Source of the DNA: an uncultured virus (IMG/VR IMGVR_UViG_3300029319_000009)
Lineage: Duplodnaviria > Heunggongvirae > Uroviricota > Caudoviricetes
Length of the DNA: 64,000 nucleotides
Virus record (IMG/VR): IMGVR_UViG_3300029319_000009
Direction: 5' to 3' (one strand)
The position numbers and the translations under genes are program-made. The notes below the pieces were generated by a model, which saw nothing but the letters and a program-made list of their open reading frames with translations, did not search any database and was not told where the DNA came from. Shown piece by piece: positions 16,596-25,315 of the stretch; the stretch's first letter is position 1, and each line of letters begins with the position of its first letter.

Positions 16596-17904
16596 AAAAA
16601 CTTATGTTTTAGATACAAATGTTTATCTTTCTGACCCAACAGCTTTTAAAAACTTTGGAAGAAACGATGTCGTTATTCCATTAAAGGTTCTTGAAGAGAT
16701 TGATAAGCATAAGAAGAGACAGGACGGTGTGGGGGCTAATGCTCGCCACACCATTCGTCTTTTGGACGAGTATCGTGGAAAGGGTTCTCTTGAAAAGGGA
16801 GTTCGCATTGAGAAGGGTAAGGGTTTGCTAAGAGCAAGAATCTCTGATGTTAATGCCCTCCCAGCCGAGTCAAATAAAAGAGACCCAGATAACATTATTC
16901 TTGCCTGTGCTTTGAATGAAGTAAATGATGGTAAAAGAGTAGTTGTTGTTTCCCGCGACATTAACCTCAGAGTCCGCTGTGACGCCCTTGGAGTAGCTTG
17001 TGAGGGCTACGACATAAACCAAGTCGTAAATGACCGTAGCGAGCTTTACACGGGCTTTGAGAGGTACTTGGTAGATGACCAAACAATCGATCATTTCTAT
17101 GCTGGTGAAAAAATCTTTGTAGATAAAGAAGAAAAGTTGTTATTACCCAATCAGTTTGTAATGTTGATCTCTAATTGTAATGAGAAGAAAACTGCCTTGG
17201 CAAGATTCTTAGCATACAACAAGCCACTCGTAAAGGCAGGGATCCACAAACATGGAGTCTGGGACATCACACCAAGAAACAAAGAGCAGTCTTTTGCCAT
17301 TGATCTCTTATTGGATCCAACTATCCCTATTGTATCCCTCATTGGTGCCGCTGGTTGCGGTAAAACTCTATTGGCTGTGGCTGCTGGATTGGAACAAGTT
17401 TTAGATGAAGGTTCTTTAGAGCCAATCTATAACAAGCTTGTAGTTTCTAGACCAATCATGCCTATGGGTAGAGACATTGGCTTCCTTCCAGGCACAATGG
17501 AAGAGAAGATGGCTCCTTGGTTAGCTCCAGTTCAAGATAACTTGAAGTTCTTGATGGGGAATGATAAGGTAGCCCTTGAAATGTACGCTGAAAGAGGTAT
17601 TATCGAGATTGAAGCTTTAACTTACATTCGTGGTCGTTCTATCGCAAATGCTTTTATTATCATTGACGAGGCACAGAACCTATCAGTTCACGAATTAAAA
17701 ACAATCATCACTCGTGTTGGTGAGAATACAAAGATCGTTCTTACGGGCGACATCGAGCAGATTGACACTGTTTACTTGGATGCTACCAGCAACGGTCTAT
17801 CCTATGCTGTAGAAAAATTTAAAGAACACGATCTAGCAGGTCACATTTCACTACAGAAGGGTGAGAGATCAAAGGTAGCTACACTAGCAGCTAAGGTATT
17901 GTGA
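16588..17904 (+). CDS. phoH: PIN domain-PhoH ATPase (PhoH2/YlaK-like)
   Basis: PIN motifs VLDTNV, DNIIL and SRDINLR. Walker A GAAGCGKT. PhoH motifs IRGRS, IIDEAQN and GDIEQID. Confidence 0.93.
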   Translation: MAKKTYVLDTNVYLSDPTAFKNFGRNDVVIPLKVLEEIDKHKKRQDGVGANARHTIRLLDEYRGKGSLEKGVRIEKGKGLLRARISDVNALPAESNKRDPDNIILACALNEVNDGKRVVVVSRDINLRVRCDALGVACEGYDINQVVNDRSELYTGFERYLVDDQTIDHFYAGEKIFVDKEEKLLLPNQFVMLISNCNEKKTALARFLAYNKPLVKAGIHKHGVWDITPRNKEQSFAIDLLLDPTIPIVSLIGAAGCGKTLLAVAAGLEQVLDEGSLEPIYNKLVVSRPIMPMGRDIGFLPGTMEEKMAPWLAPVQDNLKFLMGNDKVALEMYAERGIIEIEALTYIRGRSIANAFIIIDEAQNLSVHELKTIITRVGENTKIVLTGDIEQIDTVYLDATSNGLSYAVEKFKEHDLAGHISLQKGERSKVATLAAKVL

Positions 17905-18566
17905 TGTCTTTAAGGTCATTTATCGCAGAAAGTCATAAGAAGAACTCCCATAAGGGTGTTTTAGGTGTTGAATTTATTATTCAAGACAAAGGTAATTTTA
18001 ATTCCAGAGAAATAAACTTTTTTATCGACAAACTTAAAGAAACACTTTCCCCAAAGGCTCTTAACCATGTAAATAAAATAAAGTTTGGAAGGTTTCCAAA
18101 CTTAGACAAAGAGAACTACAAGTCTTACTACAAGGATGGAACAATTTATCTTTCCAATCAGGTAGACTTTGTAGAAGATCTTTTAATGAACTTCTTTCAC
18201 GAGCTAGCTCACTCATTTGAGAAGCCTTACTATGAAGAAATCTACGAGGACGGCTTCTTAGCAAAAGAATTTAAAAACAAAAGAAATCAACTTAAGAATG
18301 TAATTTCAATGTACGAAGGCGGTAGAACACCACCTTTCAACTTTAATAATATAAACTACTCAAAAGAGTTGGATGATTATTTAGTAAACACAATAGGGTA
18401 TGATAAACTTTGGAAGTATTGCTCAGGCATTTTTACAAACCCTTATGCCGCAACATCATTAAGAGAATACTTCGCAGCCGGTTTTGAGAACTGGTTGAAG
18501 GGCAATCAAGAAATGCTTTACAGGACGAGCCCAGTGTTGTATAATAAACTCAGACAATTTTTTTGA
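17904..18566 (+). CDS. HExxH zinc metallopeptidase-like protein
   Basis: FHELAHSF plus downstream YAATSLREYFAAGFE, the zincin third-ligand pattern seen in lethal-factor/PPEP-like proteins. Confidence 0.65.
   Translation: MSLRSFIAESHKKNSHKGVLGVEFIIQDKGNFNSREINFFIDKLKETLSPKALNHVNKIKFGRFPNLDKENYKSYYKDGTIYLSNQVDFVEDLLMNFFHELAHSFEKPYYEEIYEDGFLAKEFKNKRNQLKNVISMYEGGRTPPFNFNNINYSKELDDYLVNTIGYDKLWKYCSGIFTNPYAATSLREYFAAGFENWLKGNQEMLYRTSPVLYNKLRQFF
18517..18545 (+). promoter_or_regulatory. Putative sigma70-type promoter
   Basis: TTTACA (18517-18522), N17, TATAAT (18540-18545). GAGGA SD and ATG 18574 lie downstream. Confidence 0.65.
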
Positions 18567-18573
18567 GGATATT

Positions 18574-19356
18574 ATGCCACATATTTCTTATTCAGAACTT
18601 AAAAACTGGACCATGTGTCCGCACTACAGGAAATTAGTAAATGAAGATAAACTTAATCCGCGTACTGATTCTATTTTTACGACCTTTGGAACGGCTGTTC
18701 ACTCTGTGTGCGAGGAAATTGCACCAATGGATCACCAAGTTAGCGATCCAACTACACTCTTTGAAAGCCGATTCAAGGAAGAACTCACAAAACTAGAAGA
18801 TATAGAACAAAAAACAGTAGATCAATTTATGAACCAAGGTAAGGAGATCGTAGTAGAAGTCACCGAAGCCTTAAAAAACTATTTTGGTGAGTATGAAGTT
18901 CACCAAGTTGAGGAGCAACTCTTTGAGCGAATCATTGAGTTTCCTAAAAAAGAGTATGACTTTAAGGGCTATGTTGACCTTATCGTTAAGACCCCAGACG
19001 GCAAGTACCACATTTTAGACTGGAAGACTTGCTCTTGGGGTTGGGATGCCCGTAGAAAAGCAGAAAAACTTACCACTTATCAGCTTACTTTTTACAAAAA
19101 GTTTTTTGCTGAAAAGTATAGTGTTGACCCATCAATGATTGAGACTCACTTTGGACTACTCAAGCGAACAGCTAAGAAAGGAAAGAAGGTTGAGATCTTT
19201 AGAGTTACAAGTGGTGATAAAAAAACTAAAAATGCTGTTAAACTTTTAACAGATGCCTTGTATAATATTTCTAATGAAAGACACTTAAAAAATCGGCTAA
19301 GTTGCCATAAAATGTACGGAACTTGCCCATTTTTTAGAACGGAACATTGTACATGA
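18574..19356 (+). CDS. PD-(D/E)XK nuclease, Cas4/AddB-like
   Basis: ISYS...CP, FGTAVHS, GYVDL, ILDWKT and QLTFY. C-terminal Cys cluster (SCHKMYGTCPFFRTEHC). Confidence 0.85.
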   Translation: MPHISYSELKNWTMCPHYRKLVNEDKLNPRTDSIFTTFGTAVHSVCEEIAPMDHQVSDPTTLFESRFKEELTKLEDIEQKTVDQFMNQGKEIVVEVTEALKNYFGEYEVHQVEEQLFERIIEFPKKEYDFKGYVDLIVKTPDGKYHILDWKTCSWGWDARRKAEKLTTYQLTFYKKFFAEKYSVDPSMIETHFGLLKRTAKKGKKVEIFRVTSGDKKTKNAVKLLTDALYNISNERHLKNRLSCHKMYGTCPFFRTEHCT

Positions 19357-20615
19357 CTGATAAAAAGATAAAGATTTTTACATTAAGCGATCACCCGCTT
19401 ACACCATCTGGTGTTGGAACACAAACAAGATACATTATTGAAGGAATGTTAAGAACTGGTAAATATCAGTTTGTTTCTTTTGGTGGTTTAATTAAACATC
19501 AAGATTACAGACCCATTAAAACAGAGGAATTTGGAGATGATTGGGTTATTATCCCTACAGATGGTTATGGAACTCAAGAGCAAGTGCGTGCAATGCTTTG
19601 GTCAGAAAAACCAGACATAGTTTGGTTTATGACCGATCCACGTTTTTGGGGCTGGCTTTGGGAGATCGAGGAAGAAGTTAGACACAATGTCCCAATGATT
19701 TACTATCATGTGTGGGATAATTTTCCTTATCCACAGTATAACAAAGCGTTCTATGATAGCAATGACTTTGTGGCTACCATTTCTAAGGTGACAGATGAGA
19801 TAGTATCTAATGTCTCCCCAGATGTCGATCGACAATATGTGCCTCACGCTGTTAATTTAGAAATATTCAAGCCTCACGATGAAGACTTTGTAAAAAGTAT
19901 GAGACAAGACAATTTTAAAGAAAACAAAGACAAATTTATTGTATTTTGGAACAATAGAAACGCACGCCGTAAAATGGGAGCAACCTTAATAAATTGGTTT
20001 AATAAGTTCTTAGATAAGGTTGGCCATGACAAAGCTATACTTTTGATGCATACCAATCCAGCAGACCAAGCAGGGCCAAATTTAGAGGCGCTGATAGAAG
20101 ACTTGGACATGGATAACGGCAAAGTGTTGTTTTCAAGAGAGAAGCTTCATCCCGAGAACCTCGCTCTCATGTATAACATGGTCGATTGTACCATAAACAT
20201 TTCAGATGCTGAAGGCTTTGGCCTTGGAACTCTAGAATCTTTGTCTTGTGGGACTCCAATCATTGTTAACATGACAGGCGGCTTACAAGAGCAAGTTACA
20301 GATGGCAAAGAATGGTTTGGAATTGGACTAGAGCCCACCAGCAAAACTATCGTAGGGTCACAACAAGTCCCCTACATTTATGAAGATAGGCTTTCAGAAC
20401 ATCAAGTCGTGGATGCATTAGTCGAAATGTATAACAAATCGACAAAGGAAAGAAAAGAACTTGGCCTTAAGGGCAGAAATCATGTAGAAAAGAACTACAA
20501 TTTTGACAACTTCATTAAAACTTGGGACGAAATTTTTACTCAAGTTCACGAAAAGCATGGTTCTTGGAAAAGCCGCAATAGAAAACAAAACTGGACATTA
20601 GAAGAAGTAGCATGA
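19353..20615 (+). CDS. Glycosyltransferase, GT4-like (GT-B)
   Basis: NNRNARRK and EGFGLGTLESLSCGTPII (E-x7-E motif). ATG 19353 overlaps the upstream TGA. Confidence 0.9.
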   Translation: MTDKKIKIFTLSDHPLTPSGVGTQTRYIIEGMLRTGKYQFVSFGGLIKHQDYRPIKTEEFGDDWVIIPTDGYGTQEQVRAMLWSEKPDIVWFMTDPRFWGWLWEIEEEVRHNVPMIYYHVWDNFPYPQYNKAFYDSNDFVATISKVTDEIVSNVSPDVDRQYVPHAVNLEIFKPHDEDFVKSMRQDNFKENKDKFIVFWNNRNARRKMGATLINWFNKFLDKVGHDKAILLMHTNPADQAGPNLEALIEDLDMDNGKVLFSREKLHPENLALMYNMVDCTINISDAEGFGLGTLESLSCGTPIIVNMTGGLQEQVTDGKEWFGIGLEPTSKTIVGSQQVPYIYEDRLSEHQVVDALVEMYNKSTKERKELGLKGRNHVEKNYNFDNFIKTWDEIFTQVHEKHGSWKSRNRKQNWTLEEVA

Positions 20616-21889
20616 AAAAGAAAATATTAGTAAGAGGCCCAGCCTTATCACAAACTGGTTATGGAGAACAGTGTCGTTTCGCTCTTAGATCTTTAAAGTC
20701 GAGAGAAGACCTGTTTGATATTTATCTTTTAAATATTCCATGGGGAGGCACAAATTGGATTTTCGAAGACACTGAGGAGAGGACTTGGCTGGATGACTTG
20801 ATTATCAAAACAAAGCCTTTATTGGAACAACAACAGGCAAATCCACAATTAGCATTGTTTGATGTGTCTCTACAAGTGACAATTCCAAACGAGCTTCAAA
20901 GAATGGCTCCTAAAAACATCTTGTACACTGCCGGAATAGAGACCGACAAGGCTAGTATGGAATGGGTTGGAAAATGCCATCAGTTCGCTGATAAGATTCT
21001 TGTAATATCTGAACACGCCAAGGAAGGGTTACAAGTGCCAGTCAAAGCACAGGATGAAAACGGAAACCCAATAGATTTTATTCTACAGAAGCCCATTGAG
21101 GTTACTCATTACCCGGTTAAAAAAGTTAAGACACACGATTTGCAACTAGACTTATCAACTGATTTTAATTTTCTTACAATGGCTCAATGGGGGCCACGAA
21201 AAAATCTACCAAACACACTTGCTTGGTTTTGTGAAGAATTCAAAAATGACGCAAACGTTGGTTTTATTGTTAAAACGTTTGCTAAGGGCAATAGCCAAAT
21301 GGACAAAAACTACATTACAAAGGCTGTCAGTGATATCTTGAGCAACTTTCCAGATAGAAAGTGCAAGGTTTACTTATTACATGGTTACATGAATGAAAAA
21401 GAAATTCACTCTCTTTATGCCGATCCAAAAATTAAAGCCTTGGTAAACTTTGGCCACGGCGAAGGCTTTGGACTCCCTCTGTTTGAGGCAGCATATTCTG
21501 GACTTCCAGTGATTACTCACGAGTTTGGTGGTCAAAAAGATTTTTTATATGCTCCAAAGAAAGATAAGAAGGGCAAAGAAAAATTTAGACCACACTTTAG
21601 CAAGGTGAAGTATGAACTCCGACCAGTTCAAAAAGAAGTAATTTGGAATGGCGTCATAGAACCTGATATGCAGTGGGCATATCCAAGTCAACCTAGTTGT
21701 AAGTTGGCCATGCGAGATGCGGTTAAAAACTACGGTTTGCTAAAGTCATCAGCTAGCCGATTAAAGAAGTGGTTAGAGGCCGAGTTTGAAGAAACAGCAA
21801 AGTACGAAGGCTTTGTGGAAGCCTTGCTGGGTGACGAATTACAGCGCGAAAAAGAGATTGATGAATTATTCAATCAGTTAGAATTATGA
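20612..21889 (+). CDS. Glycosyltransferase, GT4-like
   Basis: RKNL and HGEGFGLPLFEAAYSGLPVI. Confidence 0.9.
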   Translation: MKKKILVRGPALSQTGYGEQCRFALRSLKSREDLFDIYLLNIPWGGTNWIFEDTEERTWLDDLIIKTKPLLEQQQANPQLALFDVSLQVTIPNELQRMAPKNILYTAGIETDKASMEWVGKCHQFADKILVISEHAKEGLQVPVKAQDENGNPIDFILQKPIEVTHYPVKKVKTHDLQLDLSTDFNFLTMAQWGPRKNLPNTLAWFCEEFKNDANVGFIVKTFAKGNSQMDKNYITKAVSDILSNFPDRKCKVYLLHGYMNEKEIHSLYADPKIKALVNFGHGEGFGLPLFEAAYSGLPVITHEFGGQKDFLYAPKKDKKGKEKFRPHFSKVKYELRPVQKEVIWNGVIEPDMQWAYPSQPSCKLAMRDAVKNYGLLKSSASRLKKWLEAEFEETAKYEGFVEALLGDELQREKEIDELFNQLEL

Positions 21890-23505
21890 TCATAGTTGTT
21901 GCAGATGCATTCGCGAACCAGATGATCGGTGGCGCTGAATTGACGTCAGAAGCCTTTTTAGAATCGGGTTTTGATAATTACAAAAGAATTCAATCTCAAC
22001 ATTTGAGTCCCGATGTGATTGAAAAGTATAAAGATAAAAAATGGATTTTTTTTAATTTTGCCTTTGTTAGCGACGAAAGTCTGCTAAAAATAATTAAAGA
22101 GGTTGAAGATTACCACGTTGTAGAGTATGATTACAAATACTGTAAGTATAGACTAAAGAGCAAGCATGAAAGCATAGAGGGCTCTTGTAATTGTGAAACG
22201 TCAAATAAGGGTAAATTAACTGCTGTTTTCTTAGCTCGTTCAAAAAATCTATTTTTCATGTCAGCGGCACAAAAAGAAGAATACGAGAATGTATTTCCAA
22301 TTTTAAAAAAACATGTGTCATCTCATGTTCTTAGTTCTTCTTTTACAGAGGACAGTATAAAACACATTTTAAATTTAGACACTTCTAAGAAAAACAACAA
22401 ATATTTAATTTTAAATTCAACATCTTGGGTCAAGGGTGTAAAGAATTGCGTTGAATATGCTGAAAAAAATAATCTTGAGTATGAACTTATAAGTCATATG
22501 AAACACCATGATCTTTTAACAAAAATGGCAAAAAGCAAAGGACTAATATTTTTACCAAATGGATTGGACACATGTCCTAGAATTGTTATAGAAGCTAAAT
22601 TATTAGATTGTGATGTAATACTAAACGAGAACGTTCAGCATAAAAACGAGCCTTGGTTTAAAAATAAAAAAAGTATTATTGAATATGTCAATAAACAAAA
22701 GAGGCTGTTTTACGACAAGTGCCTAATACATAACTTACCTCACTCTAACATAGAAAAACAAATCAAGTTTCATTTTGTAATACCAGGTTATAATGTATCG
22801 ACCTGGCTAAGTAAATGTATAAATTCAATAATAAAGCAGGATTATCAAAACTATTCTGTTGTGTATGTGGATGATGTATCAGTTGACAATACGGTAGCTC
22901 TTTATAAGGAATTGACAGAGGGTGATCCTAAATTTAGATTGATAAGAAATGAGAAGAAGAGGTATGCTTTAAAAAACATATCAGTCGCTATAGAATCTTT
23001 AAAGGCTGATAAAGATGATGTTATAATTGTTTTAGATGCTGATGACTGGCTTTCATCTCCAAAAGTACTAAGTTATTTAAATTCAATTTATCAAGAAAAC
23101 AATTGTTGGATGACGTATGGTAGCTATATGTATTATCCATTTGGTGATAGGGGAGTTGAGCCATCGGAACACCCACAGGACATTGTAAGAAATAATTTAT
23201 ACAGAGAAGACAAGTGGAGAGCGAGTCATTTGAGAACCTTCAAAAAGGGGCTGTGGAACAAAATAGATCAGAGTGATTTTGTTGATGACGATGGAGAATA
23301 TTACAAAATGGCATACGATCAGGCAATGGTACTTCCCATGTTAGAGATGGCTGCCGAAAGGGCAAAATACATACCAGAAATACTACATGTTTATAATCGG
23401 GCCAATTCAATAAATGTTGATAAAATAAAACAAAAACAACAATATGAAACAATGCTAAGAATTCGAAAAAGAAAAAAGTACGCTAGAGTGAAAAATGAAA
23501 ATTAG
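21886..23505 (+). CDS. Bifunctional glycosyltransferase (GT4-like + GT2)
   Basis: N-half GGAE...DTCPRIVIEAKLL. C-half VIPGYN, VDDVS and LDADDWL. Confidence 0.85.
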   Translation: MIIVVADAFANQMIGGAELTSEAFLESGFDNYKRIQSQHLSPDVIEKYKDKKWIFFNFAFVSDESLLKIIKEVEDYHVVEYDYKYCKYRLKSKHESIEGSCNCETSNKGKLTAVFLARSKNLFFMSAAQKEEYENVFPILKKHVSSHVLSSSFTEDSIKHILNLDTSKKNNKYLILNSTSWVKGVKNCVEYAEKNNLEYELISHMKHHDLLTKMAKSKGLIFLPNGLDTCPRIVIEAKLLDCDVILNENVQHKNEPWFKNKKSIIEYVNKQKRLFYDKCLIHNLPHSNIEKQIKFHFVIPGYNVSTWLSKCINSIIKQDYQNYSVVYVDDVSVDNTVALYKELTEGDPKFRLIRNEKKRYALKNISVAIESLKADKDDVIIVLDADDWLSSPKVLSYLNSIYQENNCWMTYGSYMYYPFGDRGVEPSEHPQDIVRNNLYREDKWRASHLRTFKKGLWNKIDQSDFVDDDGEYYKMAYDQAMVLPMLEMAAERAKYIPEILHVYNRANSINVDKIKQKQQYETMLRIRKRKKYARVKNEN

Positions 23506-24388
23506 ATTGGAAAACGTAAATTTTAATAGTAACTCTGGCCCAAATTGTTTTGGAAAAAAATTAAAAAAATACCTTGAAAAAAATGGTTGTAAGGTGTCAT
23601 TAAATGATTACCAGCGCATTCTTTGTTTCATAGAGTGTCATCAAGAGTATGAAGATAAAAAATTATTTCAACGATTAGACGGCATATATTTCAATTCAGA
23701 CTTTGATTATAAGAGTCAAAATAAGAATATATTAAATACCTATAAGCGCGCCGATGGTGTCATATTCCAGTCGTTTTTTAATAAAGAATTAACTGAGAGA
23801 TATTTTGGAACCCACAAAAACAGCATAGTTGTTCACAATGGCGCAGACATGGAATTGATAAAAAATGTAAAGCCAGTCGAAAATGATATTTTAAATAAAT
23901 ATAATAACGTATGGTCGTGCGCAGCTTCTTGGCGTCCACACAAAAGATTGAAAGACAACATTAGGTACTTCCTAGAACATAAGGGGCAGAACGATTGTTT
24001 AGTAGTCGCTGGTAACCCTGATTATCATATCAAGGACCCAAACATTTTTTATGTTGGTGAGTTGGGCTATGAAAAGCTTCTATCACTATACAAGCGGAGT
24101 AAGTATTTTTTACACTTAGCTTGGCTTGATCACTGTCCAAACGTTGTTGTTGATGCTAGGGCAAGCGACTGTCGAATCATATGTTCTTCTGCCGGTGGTA
24201 CGAGAGAAGTAGCTGGGCTCGACGCCGTGGTGATTATGGAGGATGAGTGGGACTATGAGCCAACAAGGTTGTATGATCCACCCGAAATGAACTTTAAAAG
24301 AAAGATTAAAAATTTCTACGATTCTTGTTATGATATGGAAAAAGTAGCTGAAAAATATGCTAATTTTATGTTTGACGAGGAACAATAA
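23495..24388 (+). CDS. Glycosyltransferase, GT4-like
   Basis: RLDG, VHNG, RPHK and DHCPNVVVDARAS...AGGTRE. Confidence 0.82.
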   Translation: MKIRLENVNFNSNSGPNCFGKKLKKYLEKNGCKVSLNDYQRILCFIECHQEYEDKKLFQRLDGIYFNSDFDYKSQNKNILNTYKRADGVIFQSFFNKELTERYFGTHKNSIVVHNGADMELIKNVKPVENDILNKYNNVWSCAASWRPHKRLKDNIRYFLEHKGQNDCLVVAGNPDYHIKDPNIFYVGELGYEKLLSLYKRSKYFLHLAWLDHCPNVVVDARASDCRIICSSAGGTREVAGLDAVVIMEDEWDYEPTRLYDPPEMNFKRKIKNFYDSCYDMEKVAEKYANFMFDEEQ

Positions 24389-24391
24389 ATT

Positions 24392-25315
24392 TTGAAATTA
24401 AAAATATTTGTAGTTGTTGCACATGAAAACTGGATATGTGATAGACTAGCAAAAGAGTGGAGCGAATTTTTTAAAACAGTTGATGATCCTTATGAAGCAG
24501 ATTTCATTTGGATAATGAGTCCTTATATCTGGAGAACTGTCCCAATTGAACTGTTGGAAAAAAAGATTGTTTGCGCAACTATACATCACATAACGCCTTG
24601 GAAATTTACTAAAGATAGTTTTAGAGATTTTTTAGAAAGAGATAATTTTGTTGATTATTATCACGTCCCCTGCGAAAAAACTAAAGAGTCAGTTGAAAAG
24701 CTGACGAAAAAACAAATTTTTGTTAATCCATTTTGGGTCAATCAAAATCTATGGTATTGCATTGACAAAACACAGGCTAGAAAAGATCTTGGTTTAGCAG
24801 AAGATGAATTCATAGTGGGATCTTTTCAGAGAGATACAGAGGGCAACGATCTCAAAACTCCAAAACTAGAAAAAGGGCCAGATATATTTTGTGATATAGT
24901 AGAAAATTTAGCTACACAAAAAGAAAATTTATCTATTTTATTGTCTGGATTTAGAAGGCAATATGTTATTAATCGTCTAAAAAAAGCAAACATAAAATAC
25001 TATTATTATGAAAAAACTGATTTTGAAACTTTAAACAAACTTTACAACAGTCTAGATCTTTATATTGTATCGTCGAGGTGTGAGGGGGGACCCCAAGCTA
25101 TAGTCGAAGCGGCTGCAACAAAAACGCCAATTGTCTCAACAGATGTCGGGCTCGCAAAAACGATTTTGTCTGACAAAAGTATTTTCTCGCCTTCATCATC
25201 TTTGGGAACTCCAGATGTAGATTACGCCTATGATCGTGTGCTGGAGTTAATGATGCCGCAGGGTTTTGAGCCGTTTGTTAGCTTTTTTATGAATAAATTG
25301 AGGGAAGAAAAATGA
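24392..25315 (+). CDS. Glycosyltransferase, GT4-like
   Basis: EKGPD and SSRCEGGPQAIVEAAATKTPIVSTDVG. TTG start. Confidence 0.88.
   Translation: MKLKIFVVVAHENWICDRLAKEWSEFFKTVDDPYEADFIWIMSPYIWRTVPIELLEKKIVCATIHHITPWKFTKDSFRDFLERDNFVDYYHVPCEKTKESVEKLTKKQIFVNPFWVNQNLWYCIDKTQARKDLGLAEDEFIVGSFQRDTEGNDLKTPKLEKGPDIFCDIVENLATQKENLSILLSGFRRQYVINRLKKANIKYYYYEKTDFETLNKLYNSLDLYIVSSRCEGGPQAIVEAAATKTPIVSTDVGLAKTILSDKSIFSPSSSLGTPDVDYAYDRVLELMMPQGFEPFVSFFMNKLREEK

Noticed and set aside
19238..19266. sigma70 promoter at TATAAT 19261
   Set aside because: The -35 at 17 nt spacing (TTAAAC) is a weak match and there is no extended -10, so the support is insufficient.
18574..19356. CRISPR-Cas locus
   Set aside because: Only a solo Cas4-like nuclease is present. 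I saw no repeat-spacer array and no other cas genes.
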